Notes under the pieces: generated by a model
Told to the model about the DNA's origin: nothing
The model's input: the letters and a program-made list of their open reading frames with translations, nothing else
Databases searched by the model: none
Assembly (NCBI GenBank): GCA_034722015.1
Contig: JAYENI010000207.1
Span: 1-56,895 of the forward strand
Direction of reading: 5' to 3'
Origin: Pseudomonadota bacterium
GTDB taxonomy: Bacteria; Pseudomonadota; Gammaproteobacteria; JAJDOJ01
Length of the DNA: 56,895 nt
Translations under genes and position numbers: made by a program
Shown: piece after piece, positions 38,266 to 48,412 of the stretch
Position numbering within the stretch: position 1 is the first letter of the stretch
Layout: every line of letters begins with the position of its first letter

Positions 38266-39711
38266 TTAGTACGCACTTTTCTCCGATTCGCTGTCCGGAA
38301 TGCCCAGGACCTCGAGCATCGAATGCAGTTTCCACTCCGTTTCCTCGTATTCCGCCCCCGGATCCGAACCCTCCACAATACCCGCGCCGGCGAAGATATC
38401 CGCCGCATGTCCGCGCACGAGGGCGCAGCGCAAGACCACTGACAATGTCCCACTCCCCGCGGGATCGATCCAGCCGATCGCACCCGTATACCAGCCACGC
38501 AACTCCTCGCCGTGCCGGTCAAGCCACTCGATGGCGGGTTCAGTCGGCGACCCGCCTACCGCCGGCGTGGGATGCAGCACGGACGCGAGTTCCAGCAGGG
38601 AAACCCCGTCTCGCGGCTCTCCCTCGATACGCGTCCACAGGTGCCCCATTCGGGAAAAACGAACGACGCTGGGTTCACGTGCATACCGGACGTTTTGACA
38701 TCGTGATCGCAGTGCAACCGCGATGGCATCGACGACCAGTGCCTGCTCGTGCCTGGACTTTTCGTCTCGCGAAAATGCACTGACGCGATCCTCCGCGCCG
38801 GTTTCCGCCGGGAACAGGCGGGTCCCCGCCACTGCATCGCTCCAGGCGACGCTGTCGTGCAGCGAAACGAGGTGCTCGGGAGAACTGCCGAACAGGGTCG
38901 CACCTCTCATCGTCACGGCGAACTGCACCCGGCCCGGGTTTGGGCCCGCCAGACCTTCCAGGGCCTCGGGAGAGATACCGATACCGCGGCCCTCGACACG
39001 GGCTCGTCGGGAAAGAACGACCTTGTCGAATTCTCCCGATCGAATTGCCTCGATCGCCTCCGCGACCCGGCCCTCCCAGACCCGCCGATCGAGACTGGAC
39101 ACGATACGGGGGGGGGGCAATGATGCGCCCGCGCCGCGTACAGTCCGGGTGCCGTCGAGTAACGTCGCCGCGCAGGTGACCCACTCCCTGCACAGCTGCC
39201 TTGCATCGGTCGCGGCACGCACGGCGTCCCCCGTAAACGTTATTGCGCAAGTGTCGCCCCGGCTTTCGTAGAGCATTGATGGCACGGTCAGCAGCGCGTT
39301 GGGAAATCCGGCCCAGCGCGACCGCATCGGGTCGAGAGGATCGAACGCAAACCCCGTAAAAACACCCGGCGCCAGGCCGGTACGGTGCGGATCGTGTTGG
39401 CGCCATTGTTTTGTGAGTTTGCCCAGCATGGCGTTCAGGCGCTCAATCCGGCCTGCGCCGGATGCCACGTACCGGATCGCGTGACCCAACCCGAGCCTCA
39501 CGCACCCGTCCTCCGGGCGGGCCCAGAACAGGGCGCCCTCGTCGACCGCGGGCATTCGACGGATCGGAATTCGAGGTGCCGGCAATGTCAGACTGACGAG
39601 GCCCCGCTCATGGCTCTCGCCGGCAATGGAGCGCAGAAATCCGTCCAGTTGCCGTTCCAGGTCAGTCAGCAGATCGGCCACCCCGATCGCGTGTGCTGTC
39701 ACGTTGTACAA
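38266..39711 (-). CDS. menF: Isochorismate synthase
   Basis: KVVLSR, FGSSPE, LHPTPAVGG, RGWYTGAIGW and FAGAGIVEGS; upstream of menD; TTG start uncertain. Confidence 0.85.
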   Translation of the reverse strand: MYNVTAHAIGVADLLTDLERQLDGFLRSIAGESHERGLVSLTLPAPRIPIRRMPAVDEGALFWARPEDGCVRLGLGHAIRYVASGAGRIERLNAMLGKLTKQWRQHDPHRTGLAPGVFTGFAFDPLDPMRSRWAGFPNALLTVPSMLYESRGDTCAITFTGDAVRAATDARQLCREWVTCAATLLDGTRTVRGAGASLPPPRIVSSLDRRVWEGRVAEAIEAIRSGEFDKVVLSRRARVEGRGIGISPEALEGLAGPNPGRVQFAVTMRGATLFGSSPEHLVSLHDSVAWSDAVAGTRLFPAETGAEDRVSAFSRDEKSRHEQALVVDAIAVALRSRCQNVRYAREPSVVRFSRMGHLWTRIEGEPRDGVSLLELASVLHPTPAVGGSPTEPAIEWLDRHGEELRGWYTGAIGWIDPAGSGTLSVVLRCALVRGHAADIFAGAGIVEGSDPGAEYEETEWKLHSMLEVLGIPDSESEKSAY

Positions 39712-39908
39712 CCAATAATACCCTCGGAAGGCTGGTGGAATCTCCCCGGCTCGCGCGAAACAGGGTAGAAATACACCCTGGCCGGTTCACCCGTTACCCA
39801 CTCGTCACCACTTCACTTGCATGAACCGCAGGGATGCATGGTTCCGGGATGCGCATATCCGGCACACGGGCCGCGTATGACGCCGGTCCGCCAACGGGTG
39901 CGACATCG

Positions 39909-40616
39909 TCAATCCTGTCTCGCGCCGCTGGGTGCCCCTTGCGGCAGTTGCACGCAATTCGGTAACGCAGCAGCAATAATCGCAACCATGGACTGCGGTG
40001 ACAATCGAGCCGAATTCAGAATCATGTCGTACGCAACAGGATCGTTGATGTCCTTACCGAACAGGGATTGCGTAAACCCGTTGCGCTGCTCATCGATCTC
40101 CTTGACCCGCATCCTCGCCGCCTGCTCGCTCATGTCATTTTGCGTTGCGTAGTAACGCGCCCGAATATCAAACGGGGCGACGATCCGCACCCGGAAAACG
40201 TCACCCCCCTGCAGGATGAAATTTGCACCTCGCCCGACGATGACGCCACCGCAGCGGCCAATCCCCAGGATCACGTTGAAAAGCGTCTTGCGGTACATCT
40301 CGCTGAACTCGCTCTTGCTGGTGAGAAGCTTTTCCAGCCAGCTCGTCCGCAGCCCCCGCACATTTTCGTCGAGCTGCCTCAGCAGGTAAGGCTCGACCCC
40401 GATCGCCTTCGCCACATCGTCCACTAGCACTCTGTCGAAGCACTGCAAGTCGAGCCTCTCGGCCAGTCCGCAAGCGACCGTCTCACCTTGCGATCCACAG
40501 TCCCGCGACACGGTCACGACACACCTGCGACCATCCGCAGGCCGGTGTCGCCGGTGCGCAAACAACAGTTCCGCGTTGACCAGGGCCTGAATGATCCCGT
40601 GGCTGTCGATCGCCAC
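39909..40616 (-). CDS. Cytidylate kinase-like family protein
   Basis: VVTVSRDCGSQG, VIVGRGANFIL, VRIVAP and YDMILNS. Confidence 0.8.
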   Translation of the reverse strand: MAIDSHGIIQALVNAELLFAHRRHRPADGRRCVVTVSRDCGSQGETVACGLAERLDLQCFDRVLVDDVAKAIGVEPYLLRQLDENVRGLRTSWLEKLLTSKSEFSEMYRKTLFNVILGIGRCGGVIVGRGANFILQGGDVFRVRIVAPFDIRARYYATQNDMSEQAARMRVKEIDEQRNGFTQSLFGKDINDPVAYDMILNSARLSPQSMVAIIAAALPNCVQLPQGAPSGARQD

Positions 40617-40619
40617 AGC

Positions 40620-40958
40620 TAGACCCTGGACGACAACCGCGAGGCACGTCCCCGGATCGTGTCAGCCGAAACACGCGACGGCATCAGCGTTCTTCCTCCG
40701 TGTCGATAAACCGCAGGGACATTCGGTTTGCGGATCCCGCAGCCCTTGCAATAATCGGAATCAAACACATAGTGGCTCCCGTCTTCAACACGGCCACGTC
40801 GGGGCAAAGGGTCCAGCAGTTGTCGCATGCGAAACGTTTGCCGCAGGGTCTCGTCCTGGGCGATCAGGAACGACGGGCGACGAAACTGGCAGCGAAGCAG
40901 GATCGGTCCGCTGGAAATGTGCACGAACGCCGCGACCGTGTATGCGTATCTCGATCAT
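40620..40958 (-). pseudogene. Collapsed remnant of a 2-oxoacid:ferredoxin oxidoreductase-type operon (gamma subunit plus 4Fe-4S protein pieces)
   Basis: ATG at 40958 gives MIEIRIHGRG; then PILLRCQ..PSFLIAQDETL; then, in shifting frames, CGKRFACDNCWTLCPDVAVLKT, YVFDSDYCKGCGI and ECPCG. Confidence 0.7.
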
Positions 40959-41546
40959 GGGCCCCTTCAGTGGCTCCCGGCAGGGATTCCGGCTGGATTG
41001 CGACGCCGCCTCAGTCTAACAAATCCCCGGACGGTGCATCCGTCCCCCGGCTGGGAACAGGTGCTAGCCTCAGGACGTTGCTCCCGCGGACGGCACCCAC
41101 TACATTCACGGACAAACAGGTGACGACACTGCTGGTTTTCGCGGGGCCTTCGCCCCGGCGGACAGCCGAACGACCAAACCGGGGCAACCCTGATGAAAGG
41201 CTGGCACACGATCAACGATACGCTTCGGGAAGAGCTGGATTACCTGTTGACACACGATCGCGTAACCTCACTAAGCCTGCGAACAGGCACCCGTTCGATA
41301 TACCCGTCGCGGACAGGTTTTCACGAGAAAGTGTGCGTCATACTCGTTTCGTGGCAAGGCACGATGACACGGAATAGCCATTCTATTGCAAGGAATCGCA
41401 ACGCCGCCACGGGCCGAGGAGGGCGTGCAATTTCCGGGGAAACCTGTTCGTGATGAGTATATATCGCCATAGATAGATTTCACTTGGCCGCGACAGGTGG
41501 CAGAATCGTTTTCAAGAAGTCATTCCCCTGGGTATCCCGAACCGTC

Positions 41547-44372
41547 ATGACCCGAAGTTTTTCCAAGCCAACGCATCGACGCCCCGCTGTCGGGCCGGGA
41601 CTGCGAAAACTGCTCGTGGTGGTTTTTGCCCTGTTTGCGCTGCTCGTCGTCAATTCCGTCTACCTGGCGGGTGTCACCACCCTGGAGTGGGCGACCGGGC
41701 GCGTCTATCAGGACTACACCTATCAGATCGTCTTCCTCCTGCACCTGGTTCTCGGGCTGGCGCTGGTTCTGCCGGTCGCGGTGTTCGGGGCACTGCACTT
41801 TCGAAGTGCCCACAAGCGGCGAAATCGCCCCGCAGTTCGGGCTGGTCTCTCGTTGTACGTTACGGCGCTGGTGCTGCTCCTGAGCGGGCTCGTCCTGACG
41901 CGTTTCGGCTTCTTCGAGATCAACGATGCGGGAACCCGGCGCGCGGTCTACTGGGTCCACGTGATCACACCGTTGATCGTCGCCTGGCTTTTCGTACTGC
42001 ATCGCCTTGCAGGACCACAAATAAGATGGAAGTCCGGTTTGCGATGGGCCGGCGTGGCAGCGGCCTTCTCCATGGTCATGATTGCCCTTGACCTGCAGGA
42101 CCCGCGCGACTGGAATGCGAGGGGTTCAGAATCCGGCGAACAGTACTTCCTGCCATCACTGGCGCGGACCGCAAGCGGGGAGTTCATCCCTGCCGAAACG
42201 ATCATGATGAACGACTACTGCGCGGAGTGCCACCAGGATTCGCACGACCGATGGGAGCAGAGCGTCCATCACTTCAGTTCGTTCAACAATCCGGCCTATC
42301 TGTTCAGCGTGCGCGAAACCCGCAAGGTGGCGCTGGAACGGGACGGCAAGCTGGACGCGGCGCGTTTCTGCGCCGGTTGCCATGACCCGGTGCCCTTCTT
42401 CAGCGGCGCATTCGACGACCCGGCGTTCGACGATGAGAACGACCCGATCGCCAGGGCCGGGATCACGTGTACCGCATGCCACGCCATCACGCACATCAAC
42501 AGCCCGCGGGGAAATGCCGACTACACCATCGAGGAACCCCTGCACTACCCCTTCGCGTTCAGCGAAAACGCCCTGCTCAAGGCGATCAACCACCAATTGA
42601 TCAAGGCCAAGCCGGAGTTTCACAAGAAAACCTTCCTCAAACCCCTGCACAGGACACCCGAGTTCTGCGGTACGTGCCACAAGGTTCACCTGCCCCGGGA
42701 GGTCAACAACTACAAGTGGCTGCGTGGTCAGAACCACTACGATGCCTTTCTGCTCAGCGGCGTCTCCGGGCACGGGGCCAGCAGTTTCTACTACCCGCCA
42801 AATGCGATCGAGAACTGCGCCGAGTGTCATATGCCGCTGCACGAGGCCCGGAACGATTTTGGGGCCCACAGCGTGGCGGGCTCCACCGAACCGGTGCTCC
42901 ACGACCACGCCTTCGCCGCCGCCAACACGGCGGTGCCGTTCATGACCGGCCTCCCCGAGGAAGGGATCGCGGCACGGCAGGCATTTCTCAGCAACGCGCT
43001 GCGCGTGGACATCTTCGGACTTCGCGAGGGTGGCACGATCCAGGGAACCCTCCACGCGCCCATTGGGCCCGACATACCCGCTGTAACACCGGGATCGACC
43101 TACCTGCTCGAGACAGTTCTCCGGACCCTGAAACCCGGGCACGTGTTTACACAGGGTACCTCGGACTCGAACGAGGTCTGGCTGGACGTGACGGTCTACA
43201 GCGGCGAAAGAGTCATTGGTCGCAGTGGCGGCATGGGGAATGACGGCGCTGTAGACCCCTGGTCTCACTTCGTCAATGCCTATGTCCTGGACCGGGACGG
43301 TAATCGTATCGACCGTCGTAACGGGCAGGATATCTTCGTTGCGCTCTACAACCACCAGATTCCGCCCGGCGCCGCCGACGTGGTGCACTATCGCCTCAGG
43401 ATCCCCGAGGACGTGCATGACACTGTCACCGTCGTGGTCGAACTGAAGTATCGAAAATTCGACACAACCTACCTGAAGTACATCGAGGGGGACGGCTTCG
43501 ACGTCAATGACCTGCCGGTGACGATCGTCGCGAGCGACAGTGTGACCTTTCCGGTGACCCCGGCCCCGGATTCGGTCGACGAGACCGCGCCTGCGACGGA
43601 CACCTGGGTACGCTGGAACGACTACGGGATCGGGCTGTTACGCAAGGGTAATCGCGGGTCCGCCAAGGGTGAGTTACGTCAGGCGGAGCAGGCCTTCGCG
43701 CAGGTCGAGGCCCTGGGGCGAGGTGACGGTCCTCTCAACCTGGCGCGGGTCTACATCAAGGAAGGACGACTGGAGGATGCCTCCGACGCCCTGCACCGCG
43801 CGGCCGATAAGGGTGCACATCCCTGGTCCGTCGCGTGGTTCACCGGTCTGGTGAACAAGCAGAATGGTTTTCTCGATGACGCGATCGTCAATTTCACCGA
43901 CGTTCTGGAGACGAATTTCGCGGACGCCCGCACCCGCGGTTTCGACTTTTCGAAAGACTACCGCGTGGTCAACGAACTCGGGCAGACGTTGTTCGAACGC
44001 GCAAAGCAGGAGCGGGGCGATTCCCGACGGGCCGGGCGTGAAACCCGCCTGCGGGGGGCGGAACGGCAATTCCTCAGGACACTGGAGCTGGACCCGGAGA
44101 ACGTGACCGCACACTACAACCTGAGCCTGATCCTCGCCCGTCTGGGAGACCCGGCCGGGGCCGCCGAACACCGGGCGCTGCACCTGAAGTACAAGCCGGA
44201 CGACAATGCCCGTGAACGGGCAGTCGCACTGCATCGGCGAGCCAACGCGGCGGCCGATCATGCGGCGGAGTCGGTCGTGGTGTACGACCTGCAACGATCC
44301 GGCGCCCCGGGTCTGACGCCTGAAGGACGACGCGCCGCCAGCCCGGGTACGAAGTTCGAGCCTTCCGGTTAA
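41547..44372 (+). CDS. Membrane-anchored penta-heme c-type cytochrome with C-terminal TPRs
   Basis: About 5 N-terminal TM segments with several His; five CxxCH motifs (CAECH, CAGCH, CTACH, CGTCH, CAECH); TPR-like tail; start 41547 preferred over 41484. Confidence 0.88.
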   Translation: MTRSFSKPTHRRPAVGPGLRKLLVVVFALFALLVVNSVYLAGVTTLEWATGRVYQDYTYQIVFLLHLVLGLALVLPVAVFGALHFRSAHKRRNRPAVRAGLSLYVTALVLLLSGLVLTRFGFFEINDAGTRRAVYWVHVITPLIVAWLFVLHRLAGPQIRWKSGLRWAGVAAAFSMVMIALDLQDPRDWNARGSESGEQYFLPSLARTASGEFIPAETIMMNDYCAECHQDSHDRWEQSVHHFSSFNNPAYLFSVRETRKVALERDGKLDAARFCAGCHDPVPFFSGAFDDPAFDDENDPIARAGITCTACHAITHINSPRGNADYTIEEPLHYPFAFSENALLKAINHQLIKAKPEFHKKTFLKPLHRTPEFCGTCHKVHLPREVNNYKWLRGQNHYDAFLLSGVSGHGASSFYYPPNAIENCAECHMPLHEARNDFGAHSVAGSTEPVLHDHAFAAANTAVPFMTGLPEEGIAARQAFLSNALRVDIFGLREGGTIQGTLHAPIGPDIPAVTPGSTYLLETVLRTLKPGHVFTQGTSDSNEVWLDVTVYSGERVIGRSGGMGNDGAVDPWSHFVNAYVLDRDGNRIDRRNGQDIFVALYNHQIPPGAADVVHYRLRIPEDVHDTVTVVVELKYRKFDTTYLKYIEGDGFDVNDLPVTIVASDSVTFPVTPAPDSVDETAPATDTWVRWNDYGIGLLRKGNRGSAKGELRQAEQAFAQVEALGRGDGPLNLARVYIKEGRLEDASDALHRAADKGAHPWSVAWFTGLVNKQNGFLDDAIVNFTDVLETNFADARTRGFDFSKDYRVVNELGQTLFERAKQERGDSRRAGRETRLRGAERQFLRTLELDPENVTAHYNLSLILARLGDPAGAAEHRALHLKYKPDDNARERAVALHRRANAAADHAAESVVVYDLQRSGAPGLTPEGRRAASPGTKFEPSG

Positions 44373-44529
44373 GGCGATTACCGGAAAATGACATACTAGA
44401 TTTCGCCGGATTTTCGGTCGTCATCAAGGCGCGACAACAGGCGCATAGTCGATCTATGTAACGGTTGTCGCAACACAGAGGACGGACGAAAAGACAAGCA
44501 AGATGGTATGTCATTTGACAGAAATCGCC
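44373..44529 (+). mobile_element. 157-bp MITE, copy 6; its left TAA is the cytochrome stop codon
   Basis: TAA at 44370-44372 and 44530-44532. Confidence 0.9.
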
Positions 44530-44547
44530 TAATGCGACCAGGCCGGG

Positions 44548-46188
44548 TCAGATCAGTGGCAACAGGCCCTTGATGGCGAGAATTCCGGCTGCCGCCAGAG
44601 CGGAAACGGTCAGTACGTTCCAGCGTTCGCGCTTTTCGATGATGAGCAATTCACAAGCGTACCAGAGCACGATCAGCTTGACGATCAGCACCCCGGTGCT
44701 CTCGTATCCGCCGAATATGAGCGAATACACCAGGCCGGTCACCATGATGAAGACCATCAGGTAGTCCATGGCGGTCGTCTGGAACTCCACACTCCGGCGC
44801 CCCGGATTGAAACGCACGGCAACTGCTACGCTCAACGCCATGAGAAAGAAATACACGGCCTTGAATTCCGCCAACCAGGGTCCGACAATCCTGGGAAAAT
44901 CGAGCTGCAGAAAGACCACCACCGATGCCAGCACGAAGATCAGGGAACGCCTCACCACGGAGCGTGTGGTGCCGATGAACAACGGCTCGATCACCAGCAG
45001 GACGAAAATCAGCGCCGCACCCAGCGCCACGTCGACCGGGACCTCGCGCACCAGAAAACTCCCGAAGATCAGGTACGCGGGGACGGCAAACTCCAGATAA
45101 CGCCGTGGAGCAATCACGAGCAACGTACGGCGCGCCCGCGATAGTGTATTGTGGATATTCTCCGCGTCCTTGTCCTTGTCGGCGCGCCAGCCCGAACGTT
45201 CCGCCAGATTGAGAGGAATAAACAACGACGCCAGCATGGCCAGGTAGCAAGTGAGGATCAGCCATTCGTTCTGGTTACGCAGCAACAATCCGCTCGCAAC
45301 CAGCAGCGTCTGCACCGAATAAATGATCACGACGGATTCCCGGTGCGCGAAACCCAGGTCCAGAAAACGATGATGCACGTGATTGCGCGTGGCGAGGAAC
45401 CAGCTGCCACCGCCCTGGATGCGCTTCTTCAGCACGACGAGGATGTCAACGACCGGTAGTCCGATCAATAACAACACCACTGCGGAATTGAGTGAAGTAT
45501 CCAGTTGCTGCGTCAGGAGAACGGCGAGAAAACCCACCGTATAACCGAGAAACTGACTGCCACCGTCGCCCATGAAAACCGTGGCGGGATGGGTGTTGTA
45601 TCGCAGAAACCCCAATATTCCCCCGATGGTCGCAAATGCCACCACCAGGGCCAGATGGCCGCCTGCGATCCAGGACAGGAGCGCCATGGCCCCGATACTC
45701 AACAACGATTCCCCCGCGGCCAGTCCGTCGAGCCCGTCGGAATGATTGAGGGCGTTGATCACTCCGACCATGGCGATCACGGTGAAGGGAATGCCGATGA
45801 CCGGGGAAAGATTGTCCACGCCGAGAAACGGCAGCGAGGTCACGTAGAGATCGCCGTAACCGACGAGAACACCCACCGCGATGAACTGGCCGACGAATTT
45901 GGACCAGTGACTTACCTCCATGCGGTCGTCCCAGGTACCGAATACGAACAGAACCAGCGCACCAATGACGTAGGCATGGATCAAACGCTCGTCGCCGGCA
46001 ACGTAGAGGATCGGCAGGAGTGCACCGATGAATATCCCCCAACCGCCGACCCGCGCGATCGGGGTCGTGTGGACCTTCCTCGCATCGGGTTTGTCGATCA
46101 TCCCCAGTCTCGGGGCAAGACGCACCATCAACGGGACGACCGCGAGGCTGATCGACATCGCCCCGAAAACGATAAGTACGTACGTCAT
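44548..46188 (-). CDS. MraY/WecA-family polyprenyl-phosphate HexNAc-1-phosphate transferase with an extra C-terminal membrane domain
   Basis: DKPDARKVH...RVGG, DDR, NALNHSDGLDGLA, FMGDGGS and HVHHR; about 200 extra hydrophobic residues. Confidence 0.88.
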   Translation of the reverse strand: MTYVLIVFGAMSISLAVVPLMVRLAPRLGMIDKPDARKVHTTPIARVGGWGIFIGALLPILYVAGDERLIHAYVIGALVLFVFGTWDDRMEVSHWSKFVGQFIAVGVLVGYGDLYVTSLPFLGVDNLSPVIGIPFTVIAMVGVINALNHSDGLDGLAAGESLLSIGAMALLSWIAGGHLALVVAFATIGGILGFLRYNTHPATVFMGDGGSQFLGYTVGFLAVLLTQQLDTSLNSAVVLLLIGLPVVDILVVLKKRIQGGGSWFLATRNHVHHRFLDLGFAHRESVVIIYSVQTLLVASGLLLRNQNEWLILTCYLAMLASLFIPLNLAERSGWRADKDKDAENIHNTLSRARRTLLVIAPRRYLEFAVPAYLIFGSFLVREVPVDVALGAALIFVLLVIEPLFIGTTRSVVRRSLIFVLASVVVFLQLDFPRIVGPWLAEFKAVYFFLMALSVAVAVRFNPGRRSVEFQTTAMDYLMVFIMVTGLVYSLIFGGYESTGVLIVKLIVLWYACELLIIEKRERWNVLTVSALAAAGILAIKGLLPLI

Positions 46189-46484
46189 AGAATGATCATG
46201 ACGTAGTTCCGGACGCAGGGGGGCACCGTGGGAATAAACGGCAAGAAGGTACCGGATTGCCTCCCGGCGTGTATCAAGCAGCTTATTCTGTGCATTTGTT
46301 CTTCTTCGGGTTTATGAACCGGCGCGGTCGAAGTATTCCGCCGATGTACGAGTCTCGAGCCGGTGACAGTATACCGGGGGTTGTGGAAATTCAAAAAGCG
46401 TGCCCCGACACCCTCACCATGTATTGTCGAATATGTCTCGCACCCCCTTTATAATATAAGAAAATTCTGATTACATTGAGTAAT

Positions 46485-46499
46485 GGCGACATTGTCGCC
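46485..46499. promoter_or_regulatory. Palindrome in the divergent promoter region, possible operator
   Basis: GGCGACA-T-TGTCGCC directly after an AT-rich stretch (46448-46484). Confidence 0.3.
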
Positions 46500-46567
46500 G
46501 GGCGGGCACTCCCGACCCGCAACAATGATCCGGTTTGTACCGAAGCGGCGACCGCAGGGAAGAAAGA

Positions 46568-48412
46568 ATGGCCACTCCAGTAGAGAAATCCAGTGACAAG
46601 ATCATCGGACGTGCCTTCCGTCGATCCCTCCTGACGATCGTCATGATCATACTGCTATCCGGCGGCGCCATTCTGTGGGTGAAAAAAACCGCTGAGACCC
46701 CGGAGTCGGGCGTAGAGGCGACGATCTCCGGTCCCACTTTGATGGCGTCACGGGTGTCTCGCCCCCCCCCCGGAGTCGTCTTCACGGACATCACCGCAAC
46801 CTCGGGTGTCGACTTCGTCCACGTCAACGGCGCTACCGGTGAAAAACTGCTGCCAGAAACCATGGGTGGGGGTGTCGCGTTCCTTGACGTCGACATCGAC
46901 GGGGACCAGGACCTGTTCCTGGTCAATTCCATGCCCTGGACTGGCGACCCGACCGACGGCGCCGCCACCTCGGCCCTGTACCGCAATGATGGCACAGGTT
47001 CATTTGAAAATGTCACGCGTCAGGCCGGGCTGGATCTGACACTCTACGGCATGGGTGTGGCCGCGGGCGACTATGACAACGACGGTGACCAAGACCTCTT
47101 TGTCACCGCAGTCGGTAAAAACCGGTTGCTGCGCAACGACGGCGGCGTGTTTCAGGACGTCACGGATATCGCGGGCGTGGCGGGAGACCCCGCGGAATGG
47201 AGTACGTCGGCCGCATTCGTCGATTACGACAACGACGGCGATCTGGACCTGTTCGTCGCCAACTACGTGCGCTGGTCCCGGGACATCGACTTGGAGATCG
47301 ACTTCAGGCTGACCGGAATCGGGCGCGCCTATGGTCCCCCCACCACATTTGAGGGACGCCACCCCTATCTCTACGCAAACAACGGTGACGGCACCTTCTC
47401 CGACGTGTCGGACAGCTCAGGTGTGCAGATTGCCAACGCGGCGACCGGGGCCCCGATGGGCAAGGCGCTGGGCATCTCCCCCATGGACGTCAATCGGGAC
47501 GGCCGGATCGATCTGTTCGTCGCCAATGACACGGTCAGAAACTTCCTGCTGCTCAACCGGGGTGACGGTGGATTCGACGAGACCGGCGTGACAATGGGCG
47601 TCTCGTTCGATCGCAACGGCAGCGCCACCGGGGCGATGGGAACCGATACGGCATACTACCGCGATGATGGCGAACTGGGTCTGGCCGTCGGCAACTTCGC
47701 CAACGAGATGACGTCCCTTTACGTCACACAGGGTGGCGACGGACAGTTTGCTGACGAGGCCATCGGCGACGGAATCGGCCCGGCCTCACGCAGGGCGCTG
47801 ACGTTCGGACTGTTCTTCTTCGACTACGACCTCGACGGTCGGCTCGATCTCCTCCAGGCCAATGGACACCTGGAGGACGAAATCAATGTCGTACAGCCCA
47901 GTCAGCACTACGCCCAGCCGGCGCAGCTGTTCTGGAACTGCGGTCCGGAATGTCCGGCGACCTTTGTCGTGGTACCGGGGGATTCCAGTGGCGATCTGGG
48001 CACGCCGGTCGTCGGGCGCGGCGCGAGTTTCGCGGACATCGATGGTGACGGCGATCTTGATGTCGTCATTACGCAGACCGGGGGACGGCCGCTGCTGCTT
48101 CGCAACGACCAGGCGACAGGACACCACTGGTTGCGGATCGTGCCGGCCGGGCGCACCGTCAATCGAGACGCGATCGGCACCTGGGTCGAGGTGACGGCAA
48201 ACGGCAGGACGCAGACCCGTCAGCTCATGCCGACCCGGAGTTACCTTTCACAATCGGAGCGCGTCGTCACCTTTGGCCTCGGCGCGGCCGCCGTGGCGGA
48301 TGAGGTACGCGTCCTGTGGTCGGATGGCTCGGAACAGCGCATCGGCCCCGTTGATGCGAACCAGACGCTGCATATCAGGCAGGAAACGGATCAGGGAGAC
48401 ACAGCAAGTTGA
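46568..48412 (+). CDS. CRTAC1-like FG-GAP repeat/ASPIC-UnbV protein, N-terminally anchored
   Basis: ETMGGGVAFLDVDIDGDQDL, repeated DxDxDGxxD motifs, C-terminal GRTVNRDAIG...RSYLSQ...VTFGLG. Confidence 0.88.
   Translation: MATPVEKSSDKIIGRAFRRSLLTIVMIILLSGGAILWVKKTAETPESGVEATISGPTLMASRVSRPPPGVVFTDITATSGVDFVHVNGATGEKLLPETMGGGVAFLDVDIDGDQDLFLVNSMPWTGDPTDGAATSALYRNDGTGSFENVTRQAGLDLTLYGMGVAAGDYDNDGDQDLFVTAVGKNRLLRNDGGVFQDVTDIAGVAGDPAEWSTSAAFVDYDNDGDLDLFVANYVRWSRDIDLEIDFRLTGIGRAYGPPTTFEGRHPYLYANNGDGTFSDVSDSSGVQIANAATGAPMGKALGISPMDVNRDGRIDLFVANDTVRNFLLLNRGDGGFDETGVTMGVSFDRNGSATGAMGTDTAYYRDDGELGLAVGNFANEMTSLYVTQGGDGQFADEAIGDGIGPASRRALTFGLFFFDYDLDGRLDLLQANGHLEDEINVVQPSQHYAQPAQLFWNCGPECPATFVVVPGDSSGDLGTPVVGRGASFADIDGDGDLDVVITQTGGRPLLLRNDQATGHHWLRIVPAGRTVNRDAIGTWVEVTANGRTQTRQLMPTRSYLSQSERVVTFGLGAAAVADEVRVLWSDGSEQRIGPVDANQTLHIRQETDQGDTAS

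Noticed and set aside
46485-46499. Sigma54 promoter for the CRTAC1 operon
   Set aside because: GG-N10-GC spacing is present, but the -12 context is poor and the match is explained by the palindrome
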